Positions 37,674 to 47,020 of a DNA stretch of 64,000 bases are shown here, in pieces; within the stretch, counting starts at the first letter, position 1; every line of letters starts with the position of its first letter. The stretch covers positions 65,328 to 129,327 of the forward strand of contig JAUXSN010000047.1 in NCBI GenBank assembly GCA_030679895.1, read 5' to 3'. Source of the stretch: Candidatus Moraniibacteriota bacterium. GTDB lineage: Bacteria > Patescibacteriota > Minisyncoccia > Moranbacterales > UBA11712. A program made the translations under genes and the position numbers. Under the pieces are notes generated by a model, which worked only from the letters and a program-made list of their open reading frames with translations, had not been told where the DNA came from and did no database searches.

Positions 37674-37812
37674 TTTGATTCAGTGTTTTATTTAATTTCT
37701 TGGCAAAAGAGAAAAATTTGCTAGCCAGTCGTATTTTTTTGCCAACCGGCATTTTTCTGAAAATATTGTCCTGAACTTCCTGCACAGTTTTTTCCTTAAT
37801 TGTTGTTTTCAT
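37627..37812 (-). CDS. small ORF overlapping the NTase start; possible partner or antitoxin
   Basis: 61-aa basic ORF that overlaps 37113-37673 by 47 nt. No motif recognised. Confidence 0.25.
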   Translation of the reverse strand: MKTTIKEKTVQEVQDNIFRKMPVGKKIRLASKFFSFAKKLNKTLNQNGTRRTAVSHRKYAK

Positions 37813-37841
37813 AATGCAAGTTTATCATATAATCGCATTGA

Positions 37842-38921
37842 CTACATCCCCGTTCGCTTCATCGCCCCTTCAATCAACTTGTCGAGAAGCTCCGTGAAAT
37901 TCATTCCGGCAAGCTTGGCCGCTTCGGGAGCCAGACTGGTAGGCGTCATACCGGGAATAGTATTGATGTCGGTAAAATAATATTCGTGCGTTTTTTCGCT
38001 CCAGAGAAAATCGATGCGGGCGAGATCATTGCATCCAATTGATTTGAAAGTGGAAACGGCGCAGCTCTTCAACTTCTCTTCATCATCTTTTGAAATTTCC
38101 GCCGGGCAGACGTGCTTTGATCCCCCATCTTCATACTTGGCTTTGTAGTCATAAAATTCCGAAATGAGCGGAATAATTTCCGTGACAGCCAAAACTTTCG
38201 GATCTTCATTCCCCATGACCGTCACCGTGAATTCCCTTCCTTTTATATACTGCTCCAAAATCACCTCGTCTCCGTGAGAAAAAGCGTCCCGAATCCCCTT
38301 TTCCAAATTTTCTTTTGTCTTCGCGAGAGATATTCCGACCGAAGAACCGAGTTCCGATGGTTTCACCATCATGGGAAGAGATAATTTTTCCATTATATCG
38401 TCGAGATTATAGTTTTCTCCTTTATTGATCACAATATCTTCAGGTATCGGCACCCCAAACTTTGCGGCAATGATTTTTGCTTTCGGCTTGTTCATCCCGA
38501 TCGCATGCGCAAGCACTCCTGAAAAAACATACGGCATGCCAAGCATATCGAGCATTCCCTGCAATCGACCATCTTCCCCGTATGGCCCATGAAGAATCGG
38601 AAAGACCAAATCGATTTTTTCTTTGAGTTCTCCTTCAGTATAATTTGAAATGCTTTTTTCGGAATCTTTGATAGTCACCAGTTTTTGTGAATCATCAAGA
38701 CTGATCGCGCCTTCTTTCCCGATTTTATCCTCATTCATTTTCATGTATTCCGCCCCCTTATTCCCAATCAGCCAATTTCCGCCCTTCGTGATCGCAATCG
38801 GAATCACATTATATTTTTCCTTATCCAAATTCTTCATAACTCCCCTTGCGGACGAAAGCGAAACTTCGTGCTCCCCGGATTTTCCGCCGAAAATAACGGC
38901 GAGATTGATTTTTTTGTTCAT
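37842..38921 (-). CDS. ddl: D-alanine--D-alanine ligase
   Basis: ATP-grasp Ddl motifs (LAVIFGGKSGEHEVSL, HGPYGEDG, DINTIPGMT). Confidence 0.9.
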   Translation of the reverse strand: MNKKINLAVIFGGKSGEHEVSLSSARGVMKNLDKEKYNVIPIAITKGGNWLIGNKGAEYMKMNEDKIGKEGAISLDDSQKLVTIKDSEKSISNYTEGELKEKIDLVFPILHGPYGEDGRLQGMLDMLGMPYVFSGVLAHAIGMNKPKAKIIAAKFGVPIPEDIVINKGENYNLDDIMEKLSLPMMVKPSELGSSVGISLAKTKENLEKGIRDAFSHGDEVILEQYIKGREFTVTVMGNEDPKVLAVTEIIPLISEFYDYKAKYEDGGSKHVCPAEISKDDEEKLKSCAVSTFKSIGCNDLARIDFLWSEKTHEYYFTDINTIPGMTPTSLAPEAAKLAGMNFTELLDKLIEGAMKRTGM

Positions 38922-39010
38922 AAATTTATAATTATTTCTTATTTAAACATATTCTACTAATAAAAGTGATCTCCACAATGGCCGTTCTAACGAAGCCTGT
39001 ATTTTAATTT

Positions 39011-39451
39011 TTATCCGAAATATTTTTTAAATGCAACATATTCTTCCTTGCGCCAAAAATCTTTCTCCTTAAATTTAAATTTTTTTACATCAATCCATTT
39101 ATATTCACTATGCTCGGATGATAACTTGATTCCTCCGGACAAATATTCGGCTAGATAAACAGTAATAAAAACATATATATTTTTATTTTTAATATATCTT
39201 CGGAATTGAAAAATTGGATTACCCAATTTATATCTTAAGTCACTCCCCAGTTCTTCCTTAACTTCTCTCTCTAATATCTTTTCAAGCGGCACAAGATGTT
39301 CATCATCATCTATTCTGCCTCCGGGCAAATCATACTTATTCCCCGGCGAATCAATAAGAAACAAGTATTTCTCACCACGCTTGAGGAGAATTTTCATTGC
39401 GACATTATAAGTCGCATATACTTTCTTTGCTATTTTGTTAATCGGCGCCAT
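39011..39451 (-). CDS. NUDIX hydrolase
   Basis: Nudix box PGGRIDDDEHLVPLEKILEREVKEELG. Confidence 0.75.
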   Translation of the reverse strand: MAPINKIAKKVYATYNVAMKILLKRGEKYLFLIDSPGNKYDLPGGRIDDDEHLVPLEKILEREVKEELGSDLRYKLGNPIFQFRRYIKNKNIYVFITVYLAEYLSGGIKLSSEHSEYKWIDVKKFKFKEKDFWRKEEYVAFKKYFG

Positions 39452-39953
39452 AAAATATTTTTACCAGCTTCGGCAAATCTTCTTTTGTCTTTTCTCCTTC
39501 TACAATTCTTTTCAGCAATTCTTTCGGCGTCAGCCAAAAATATTCAAAATAATCATTTTTGTTATAATCGGGCGCTTCATCTGATCTTATCTCATAAACT
39601 TTCATAAAAGAAGAGACCCCATTTTTTTGTGGCGTTAAACTGCCAAGATATCGACACGATATTTTTTCAATGTCGATGTTAACTTCATCCCTCAATTCAT
39701 GTTTCAATGCATCTTCGTACGACTCCCCGCTTCCAACATGCCCGCCAACACTCATGTCAAGACAAAGGGGAAATATTTTTTTACTCGCAATTCTTCTGGG
39801 AATCCAAATCTCGCCTTTCGAATTTATAATAAAGACATTTATTACTCTATAATTAGAAATATTTTCAGAGTATATTTCCGAACGTAATTTCTTTCCGATT
39901 ACATTGTCATTATCATCTACTAAGTCCAAAAATTCATCGACAGAAGCCATAGC
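39438..39953 (-). CDS. NUDIX hydrolase (IDI-like)
   Basis: Nudix box GGHVGSGESYEDALKHELRDEV. Start trimmed to MASVDEF because the longer ORF overlaps tRNA-Arg. Confidence 0.7.
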   Translation of the reverse strand, partial: AMASVDEFLDLVDDNDNVIGKKLRSEIYSENISNYRVINVFIINSKGEIWIPRRIASKKIFPLCLDMSVGGHVGSGESYEDALKHELRDEVNIDIEKISCRYLGSLTPQKNGVSSFMKVYEIRSDEAPDYNKNDYFEYFWLTPKELLKRIVEGEKTKEDLPKLVKIFYGAD

Positions 39954-39974
39954 TCTTGCGTTATAATTATTTTC

Positions 39975-40049
39975 TGGTGCCCTTGGAGGGAATCGAACCC
40001 CCATTTTTCCCTTAGGACGGGATAGCTCTATCCATTGAGCTACAAGGGC
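39975..40049 (-). tRNA. tRNA-Arg(CCT), CCA encoded
   Basis: Acceptor GCCCTTG/CAAGGGC with A73 and CCA. Anticodon loop GTCCTAA on a 4-bp stem with an A-A mismatch. T-loop GGTTCGATTCC. Confidence 0.7.
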
Positions 40050-40094
40050 AAACTTTAAATTTTCAATTTCTAATTTTCAATTTTCAATCAATTT

Positions 40095-40403
40095 TTAATG
40101 ACTGAATTTCCAATTAACTTTAAGTAGCACTTCAAAGTTATCTTCTCCCGCCGATTTTACTTGAAATTCATATCCACACTTTTTACAAATATATTCAATC
40201 ACATACTTATCCCCTTTCTTATCAACATGAACCGGTTCCATCATTCCTCCACACTCCGCCGCGCGGTCGCCCGGATTCACATCCACGTGACGCCCCCAAA
40301 GACAAACGGGGCAATGGTCCGTGTATCCATTACCTTTCACTTCTGCCCCGCACTTTTCGCAAGTAAAGTTCTCGATTCTCCGTTGGAATTTTTTAGATTG
40401 CAT
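40095..40403 (-). CDS. RNHCP-domain zinc-ribbon protein
   Basis: FTCEKCG...YTDHCPVCLWGRHVD...ECGGMMEP...CKKCGYEF pattern. Start trimmed to MQSKKF to clear tRNA-Ala. Confidence 0.6.
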   Translation of the reverse strand: MQSKKFQRRIENFTCEKCGAEVKGNGYTDHCPVCLWGRHVDVNPGDRAAECGGMMEPVHVDKKGDKYVIEYICKKCGYEFQVKSAGEDNFEVLLKVNWKFSH

Positions 40404-40406
40404 TTG

Positions 40407-40477
40407 TGGACCCACGGGGAATCGAACCCCGGTCCGATCCATGCCATGGATCTGTTCTACCATTATACTATGGGCCC
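40407..40477 (-). tRNA. tRNA-Ala(GGC)
   Basis: Acceptor GGGCCCA/TGGGTCC with G3:U70 and A73. Anticodon stem gatcc/ggatc with loop ATGGCAT. Confidence 0.8.
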
Positions 40478-40544
40478 ATGCACTCCCTTATACTATTTCT
40501 AAAAATGCTTTCGGTCAATGAAAAGTTTGTGCTAAACTCATTAT

Positions 40545-42038
40545 ATGAGAAATGGTTTCACAAGAAAAACAAGCTGGCTTTGGCAAAACACAGAGAAAAT
40601 CCTGATTATTCTGTTTTTGGCGACTTTTACCTTGAATATCCGCAAAGTCTTTTTGACGCCTTATTCTTTCTTAAACGGAACATTCAATGAATATCTGACC
40701 ATGAGCTTCAGCTGGGCAGATGCGCTGATGATCGCCACGATTATTATTTATACTATAAAATATATAATATGTCAATCGAAATCCGGTTCATCAAGCTTAC
40801 ATGAAACATCTCAAGGAAATACTACAAAAGAAAATAATAAAGGATATTTGTCAAGTGTAATACACTGTATTACGAATGCTTCATGTGAAACATACTTTCT
40901 ATTGCTTTTTATCGCTTGGTGCTTTATATCCATAATTTGGTCGCCTTATAAGCCAATCGCTGTTTATAGGTGCTTAACTTTGCTAGAAATCTTACTATTC
41001 TTTTTTATCGCGTACAAAAATTTAGTCGCCAACAGTCGTTTTTTAAGGATTTCTTTTGTTGCCTTAATAGCAAATGGCTTCATTCAAGCTATAATTGGCA
41101 TCCTCCAGTTCATTTACGGTCATTCGCTCGGTTTGCGCTTGTTTGGCGAGAGCATCGTTTCACGTGAAACGCCGGGAGTGGCGAAACTTGTCATTGATGG
41201 CGAGAAGCATATTCGGGCTTATGGAACATTCCCTCACCCGAACATTTTGGCCGGATTTTTGATTATCCCTTTAATCATGATTCTGATTAGCTTACTTAAT
41301 AGATGGCAACCAAAGCTCTTCTTCAATTCAGCATCTTCAGAAGAAACAAATCAGTCAAAACTTGTTTCACGTGCAACAAGTTTGAATCAAATTCCAGCCT
41401 CCTTAATTCTGGTTTTTCTTTTTATTATAGGATTAGGTTTTATCCTGGCTTTCTCAAGATCGGCTTTCTTGGGTCTTTTTGCGGCCTTGCTGTTTATCTT
41501 ATACAGTTTTATACGAAATTTAAAATGCAAGAAACAAATTTCAATAGTTCTTCTATTTATAATAATTGCTTCGGTCGGATCCATTTATTTTGTGAACCGC
41601 AATACTTCGTTATTTTCGGATCAGTCGATGAGAGAAAGAGCCTCTTATGCAAATGTTGCACGTGAAACAATTTCCGCCCATCCGTTGGCCGGAATTGGAA
41701 TAGGGCAATTTGCTTTAGAAGAATATAGCGAAAATCCTAACCTAGAAGGTTGGCAATACCAACCGGTCCATAATGTTTATTTATTACTTGCCAGTGAACT
41801 CGGCATAGCGGGTTTAGTCCTGTTTTTAATTTTTATGGCAACTTTATTTCTTGGAGAGGGGAGGGGAGGAAAAGATGATTATAGATTGACATATTATTCT
41901 TTTTGTTGTATTATACTTCCCTTCTTGGTCATAGCACTCTTCGACCACTATTTTTGGGATATCAAGACGGGCACCATAATATTTTCTTTGATAATAACCT
42001 TCATCCTTCTCCGCAATCGAAATCTGGTGATAAATTAA
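40545..42038 (+). CDS. O-antigen ligase (Wzy_C)-like polytopic membrane protein
   Basis: At least 10 TM segments. Central periplasmic loop with a Wzy_C-like region (GIGIGQFALEEYSEN). Confidence 0.7.
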   Translation: MRNGFTRKTSWLWQNTEKILIILFLATFTLNIRKVFLTPYSFLNGTFNEYLTMSFSWADALMIATIIIYTIKYIICQSKSGSSSLHETSQGNTTKENNKGYLSSVIHCITNASCETYFLLLFIAWCFISIIWSPYKPIAVYRCLTLLEILLFFFIAYKNLVANSRFLRISFVALIANGFIQAIIGILQFIYGHSLGLRLFGESIVSRETPGVAKLVIDGEKHIRAYGTFPHPNILAGFLIIPLIMILISLLNRWQPKLFFNSASSEETNQSKLVSRATSLNQIPASLILVFLFIIGLGFILAFSRSAFLGLFAALLFILYSFIRNLKCKKQISIVLLFIIIASVGSIYFVNRNTSLFSDQSMRERASYANVARETISAHPLAGIGIGQFALEEYSENPNLEGWQYQPVHNVYLLLASELGIAGLVLFLIFMATLFLGEGRGGKDDYRLTYYSFCCIILPFLVIALFDHYFWDIKTGTIIFSLIITFILLRNRNLVIN

Positions 42039-42242
42039 TCCGAAAATAGATGGGTATTTCTAATTAGACAAGTTAAGTTAGACAATTTTTTTTTAGCTGT
42101 TATAATTACAAATACAAACCCCGTTCAAACATTAGCGAGGGTCAAAACAAATACGAATAGAAATTAAATTTGGGATTTTGACTCAAGCAAGTTTATTGCG
42201 GGGTATTAGTTTGCTTTTTTTCTAACAACTAAAAAATATAAA

Positions 42243-44828
42243 ATGAAAATTAATTTGAAAAGAGCAGGAGAGGCGATGCCCGCCGGAAGGCAAGGCGCCC
42301 CGTACACAGACCGAAGAGATATGGAACGGAGAGAAATGGCAAGCAGGCCTGCTACCGCATCGGAACCTAAAAAAGACACCCGCGTGCCAAAAATAATTGA
42401 TTGGATAATTGCCGGCGCTGTCTATCTCTTGGCTTTTTTGGTACCGATATTTTTTCTCCCAATAGTCCCCAGTATTCTTGAGCTCAATAAGCAAATACTA
42501 ATTGTTGTCCTCGGAGGAATTGCGTTTCTTGCCTGGGTCGGAAAATTGGCATGGGAGGGGAAAATACGGGTGAAAAAGAACTTTCTTCTTATTCCCGTTC
42601 TTTTGCTTCTTCTTATTTTAGCTTTCAACACTATTTTCTCCGTTTACCGCGACCAAAGCATGTGGGGAAGTTTTGGTACCGAGAGCATGTCTCTCGTGAC
42701 TCTCATCGCCCTGATCGCGGTTTTCCTGGTCATCACGAATAATTTTAGCACCAGAAGAAAAATCAACGCGCTTGTTCTTATTGTCATTGGATCATCCGCT
42801 TTGGCTAATATCTACGCCATATTTCAAATTTTTGGAAAATTTATTTTCAAAAATCCAGCCACTGCCCAAAATTCCTTTAACACCATCGGCTCTGTTTACG
42901 CTCTGGCAATTTACTTAGGCGCTATTCTTATCCTTTCCGTGGCTATGCTTCTTGAAAAGCAGTCGATGCCCATAAAAATCGCTCTGATTATTTTTTCGCT
43001 GCTTTTCGTTTTCACTCTTATAGTGGTCAACTTCTCAACAGCTTTGATAATCTTCCTGGTTGGCATGGCTGTCCTTTTGGGGCTTTCCATCATCACAAGC
43101 GGCAGTGAAGAAAAAAATCGGGCTCTTATCTTTCCAATGGTCGTTTTGACTTTAATCCTTCTTGCCGCTCTTATCGGCAAGCGCGGCTCGATTGTTGGTG
43201 TGCAACTTCCGGTAGAAGTTGGCCTTTCCTCCAGTGCTTCCTATGATGTTATGAAGGGTACCTGGAAAGACAAATTTTTGCTTGGTTCCGGTTTGTCATC
43301 CTATGATTTGGCCTACCTCAAGAGCAAGCCGAGTGAAATTAATCTTACTAACTTTTGGTCGGTGAAGTTTAACGAGGCCAGCAGCCGTTTTTTCACTCTG
43401 GCGACTACCACCGGATTTCTTGGAGCGGCCGCTTTTCTTTTCTTGATCGGTTCAATTTTGGTTTATATTTTTTCCTCTTTTGTAAAGATTTTTGGACGAA
43501 GCGAAGAAGGAGCGTACACTCTTATCGGCCTTACGGCTATGTGGATTTATCTTACTCTGGTTTATTTCCTCTACCCGTCAAATATCACAGTCGACTTTAT
43601 GTGGTGGATCGCAACGGCCTCCATAGTAGTTCTGACATCCATAGTTTTTCACAAAAAGGAAGAAATCATCAGTGAGACTTCATCTCCGCGCGTTTCTTTG
43701 ATCCTGTCTTTTATTTTTGTTCTAATAATCGTAGGATTTATTTCTCTTATTTTTCTTGAGGGACAAAGATATGTTGCCGCCACGGCTTATAATAAAGCTC
43801 TTGCCAGCGATACCGAGGGCGCTCAAGTTGATGAGCTGGTCAACAAATTGTCTCGCGTGATTAGCTTAGACCCCAGCCGGGATCTTTATCATCGCAACCT
43901 GTCTGTCGCGCTCTTTGCCACTCTTAACGATCGCATTTCTAAAAAAGGAATCGGCAATCTGTCGGAAAATGATCGGGCGGAAATCAGCAATTTTTATTTC
44001 GCCGCGGAAGATGAGGCTCGGACGGCGATTAATTTGAATCCCAGGAATTCTGATAATCTTGTTCAGCTCGCCCAAATCAACCAAAACGTAATCGGATCAA
44101 AAGACGGCGCGGATGAGGCGGCTCGCAATAACTATATGGAATCTTTGAAATATGACCCGAAAAATCCTTCTACCTATTACCAGATTGGACAGATTTATCT
44201 CATGATGGCTGATCTTGAAAGCGCGAAGAGCGCCAGCCAGCAGCAAGGATCCAATAAGAGCCCCCAGCTCTCTGATAAGGCAAAGGAATACACCGCTTCC
44301 GCTCAACAGAATTTTGAAAAAGGGGTGGAGCTTAAAAACAATTATATTCCCGCCCAGTTTATGATAGCGGTATGCCTCGACAGGCTTGGCAAGATTAATG
44401 AAGCCATCGCCAAGTTGGAAGAAAGCAAGAAAATGAATTCGCAGGATGTGGGGATAGTCTTCCAGCTGGGAGTCTTCTATTATAAAGCCGAAAAATATGA
44501 TGAGGCTCGCAATGAGTTTGAACAAGCGATAAAATTGGCTGAAAATTATTCCAACGCCCGTTATTTTCTCGGGCTCATCTATGATAAGCAGGGAAATAAA
44601 CAAAAGGCTCTGGAACAATTTAAAAAAGTATCGGAGCTCAATCCGGATAACGAAGATATCAAGAAGATTGTTTCCAATCTTGAAGCCGGCAAAAGCGCTC
44701 TTTCCGGACTTCAGGAAGATGCGATTGACCAGAATACCGGGGAACAATCAGGGGAAAACCAGCCTTCTGTTCAACGGGATCAAGCGCCCGTTCCGCCGGA
44801 AACTCCCATAGGCCCTTCGGCTCCATAA
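42243..44828 (+). CDS. O-antigen ligase-like membrane domain fused to C-terminal TPR repeats (861 aa)
   Basis: N-terminal polytopic membrane region (about 12 TM). C-terminal 300 aa form tandem TPR motifs (YYQIGQIYLMMADLESA; FQLGVFYYKAEKYDEARNEFEQAIKL; YFLGLIYDKQGNKQKALEQFKKVSELNP). Confidence 0.7.
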   Translation: MKINLKRAGEAMPAGRQGAPYTDRRDMERREMASRPATASEPKKDTRVPKIIDWIIAGAVYLLAFLVPIFFLPIVPSILELNKQILIVVLGGIAFLAWVGKLAWEGKIRVKKNFLLIPVLLLLLILAFNTIFSVYRDQSMWGSFGTESMSLVTLIALIAVFLVITNNFSTRRKINALVLIVIGSSALANIYAIFQIFGKFIFKNPATAQNSFNTIGSVYALAIYLGAILILSVAMLLEKQSMPIKIALIIFSLLFVFTLIVVNFSTALIIFLVGMAVLLGLSIITSGSEEKNRALIFPMVVLTLILLAALIGKRGSIVGVQLPVEVGLSSSASYDVMKGTWKDKFLLGSGLSSYDLAYLKSKPSEINLTNFWSVKFNEASSRFFTLATTTGFLGAAAFLFLIGSILVYIFSSFVKIFGRSEEGAYTLIGLTAMWIYLTLVYFLYPSNITVDFMWWIATASIVVLTSIVFHKKEEIISETSSPRVSLILSFIFVLIIVGFISLIFLEGQRYVAATAYNKALASDTEGAQVDELVNKLSRVISLDPSRDLYHRNLSVALFATLNDRISKKGIGNLSENDRAEISNFYFAAEDEARTAINLNPRNSDNLVQLAQINQNVIGSKDGADEAARNNYMESLKYDPKNPSTYYQIGQIYLMMADLESAKSASQQQGSNKSPQLSDKAKEYTASAQQNFEKGVELKNNYIPAQFMIAVCLDRLGKINEAIAKLEESKKMNSQDVGIVFQLGVFYYKAEKYDEARNEFEQAIKLAENYSNARYFLGLIYDKQGNKQKALEQFKKVSELNPDNEDIKKIVSNLEAGKSALSGLQEDAIDQNTGEQSGENQPSVQRDQAPVPPETPIGPSAP

Positions 44829-44850
44829 AAAAATCAGCAGAAGAAACCAA

Positions 44851-44889
44851 AAACTCCCCTGTCAAAAGCAGGGGAGTTTTATTTTTCTT
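44851..44889 (+). terminator. rho-independent terminator
   Basis: actcccctg-tcaaaag-caggggagt hairpin followed by a T run. Confidence 0.75.
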
Positions 44890-44997
44890 ATTTGACAGAT
44901 TTTTATTTATTGATTAATATGTTTATAGAATTTTTCTGAAGCGATTTGAGATGTCCGAGAGATCGGACATTTTAATTTAAATTTTGAATTTATTATT

Positions 44998-46359
44998 ATG
45001 GCGAAAAAAAAGAAATTGAAATCCCAATCCGAGGATGCTCAAGCCGGGCGTTTGGGGCAATTCGGAAGCGCGATCGCGCAAATTTGCGAAGAAAAAGGAA
45101 TCTCGAAAGAAAAAGTGGTTGAGGCTATTGAATCGGCTCTTTCCGCCGCCTATAAAAAAGATTACGGCCGGCGCGGCCAGCACATCCGAGCCCAGTTCAA
45201 TGAAATCACGGGGAGCGCTGATTTTTATCTGGTAAAAGAAGTCGTCGATGAGACAACCCGCGTTTTTGAAACCGAAGAGGAAAAACTTGCCCGCCAGAAT
45301 GAATCCTTGAGCCAGGCTGGCGGAGAAGATAAAAATAAAGGAAAGGAAAAACCGGAAGAAAAAAAGGTTGCGGTTAAAGAAGAGAAAATCGGCGAAGATC
45401 AAATAAAGATTCCGCGTTATAATCCTGAAAGAGATCTTACGCTGGAAGAGGCGAAGGAATCCAGGCCGGACGCCAAAGTTGGAGACGTTATCGAAGAAAA
45501 GATGGAGCCAAAAAATGATTATGGCCGGGTAGCCGCCCAAACCGCGAAACAAGTTATCATCCAAAAGATCAGAGAAGCGGAACGCGATGCCATGTATGAC
45601 GAATATAAACAAAAAGAAGGCGAGGTTTTGAGCGGTATTATCCAGAGAATTGAAGGCCGCAATATTTTTATTGATCTCGGAAAATCCACTGGAGTTTTAT
45701 TTCCCTCCGAACAAGTCGACGGTGAAAGATACCGGCTGGGCCAACGGCTCAAAGTATATATAATGAAAGTGGAAGCTGATCCGAAAGGACCCGGGATCAT
45801 TCTCTCCCGAACGCACCCGGCGCTGGTCCAAAAACTTTTTGAAATTGAAGTTCCTGAAATTTTTGCCGGCACGGTTGAGATAAAAGCTATGGCTCGGGAA
45901 GCCGGTTCGCGCGTCAAGATCGCCGCTTCTTCCACTGAAGAGGGGATTGACCCCATTGGATCATGCGTAGGCCAAAAAGGAACCCGCGTCCAGGCCGTCA
46001 TTGACGAGCTGGGCGGAGAAAAAATTGATATCATCGAATGGAATGAAGACGCGGCAAAGTTTATTTCGAACGCTCTTTCTCCGGCCAAAGTTTTGGGTGT
46101 TGAGATAAACGAATCAAAAAAAGAAGCCCGTGTATCCGTGCCATCTGATCAATTGTCGCTTGCCATCGGAAAACAGGGACAAAATGTGAGGCTGGCTGCC
46201 AAACTTACCGGCTGGAGAATTGATGTCGTTTCCGGAGAAACGAAAGCGGAGGAAACGAAAAAGGCAGAAGAGAAGAAAGAACCCGTCGAAAGTGCTGAAG
46301 AAGCAGAAAAGGAAGACAAAACGAAAAAAGAAAAGAAGAAAAAGGAAGAAAAGGAATAA
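44998..46359 (+). CDS. nusA: transcription termination/antitermination factor NusA, with a KE-rich N-terminal insertion and tail
   Basis: S1 domain (GEVLSGIIQRIEGRNIFIDLG). Two KH domains (IGSCVGQKGTRVQAVIDELGGEKIDII; LAIGKQGQNVRLAAKLTGWRIDVV). Confidence 0.85.
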   Translation: MAKKKKLKSQSEDAQAGRLGQFGSAIAQICEEKGISKEKVVEAIESALSAAYKKDYGRRGQHIRAQFNEITGSADFYLVKEVVDETTRVFETEEEKLARQNESLSQAGGEDKNKGKEKPEEKKVAVKEEKIGEDQIKIPRYNPERDLTLEEAKESRPDAKVGDVIEEKMEPKNDYGRVAAQTAKQVIIQKIREAERDAMYDEYKQKEGEVLSGIIQRIEGRNIFIDLGKSTGVLFPSEQVDGERYRLGQRLKVYIMKVEADPKGPGIILSRTHPALVQKLFEIEVPEIFAGTVEIKAMAREAGSRVKIAASSTEEGIDPIGSCVGQKGTRVQAVIDELGGEKIDIIEWNEDAAKFISNALSPAKVLGVEINESKKEARVSVPSDQLSLAIGKQGQNVRLAAKLTGWRIDVVSGETKAEETKKAEEKKEPVESAEEAEKEDKTKKEKKKKEEKE

Positions 46360-46386
46360 ACCATTAATATTTAATACAAAAAAATA

Positions 46387-46494
46387 TTCATCCCGTTAGA
46401 CGTTACTTCTTTGATATTTCAAGAATCAATGTTAGCGGGAATCGTATTTCAAAAAGTAATTATTAATAAAAAAATATATGTCTAACGGGATGAA
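46387..46494 (+). promoter_or_regulatory. 15-bp perfect inverted repeat (ttcatcccgttagac ... gtctaacgggatgaa) spanning the ppa 5-prime UTR and start codon
   Basis: Read directly. The second arm covers ppa codons 1-6 (ATG at 46478). Confidence 0.5.
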
Positions 46495-47020
46495 TCTATG
46501 GCACGACGTTTCTCTCGGAGACAACGCTCCCGAAGAATTCAACGTAATCGTTGAAAATCCTAGGGGATCAAAGAATAAATATGAAATAGACAAAGAAACG
46601 GGACTTATCAAATTAGACCGGGCGATGAAAACAGCCCAGGATTTTCCTTTTGATTATGGATTTGCTCCGCAGACGCTTTGGGAAGATGACGACGCGCTTG
46701 ATGTCGTTATTTTAGCCACTTATCCCATTCATCCGGGCATACTGCTCAAGGTTAGGCCGGTAGCAATTATGCATATGACGGATAGCGGCGATTCTGATGA
46801 TAAGATAATTGCCGTTCCCGTTAAGGATCCGCGCTGGGAAAATGTTAAAGACCTGGGCGATATTAATCCGTACACCCTAAAAGAGTTTAAGCACTTCTTT
46901 GAAACTTATAAATCGATTGAGGACAAAGTCGTTATTATCAATGGCATAGAAGGCAAGGATAAAGCGTTTGAAGCAATAAATAAAAGCGTTGAATTGTATA
47001 AGAATAAATTCAAGAAATAA
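46478..47020 (+). CDS. ppa: inorganic pyrophosphatase (family I)
   Basis: EIDKETG...DRAM...DALDVVIL...DSGDSDDKIIAV motifs of family I PPase. Confidence 0.85.
   Translation: MSNGMNLWHDVSLGDNAPEEFNVIVENPRGSKNKYEIDKETGLIKLDRAMKTAQDFPFDYGFAPQTLWEDDDALDVVILATYPIHPGILLKVRPVAIMHMTDSGDSDDKIIAVPVKDPRWENVKDLGDINPYTLKEFKHFFETYKSIEDKVVIINGIEGKDKAFEAINKSVELYKNKFKK

Noticed and set aside
44097-44747. 216-aa minus-strand ORF
   Set aside because: It is antisense to the TPR region of the 861-aa membrane protein and has no features of its own.
45519-46088. 189-aa minus-strand ORF (and 44977-45612)
   Set aside because: It is antisense to nusA. These are shadow ORFs.
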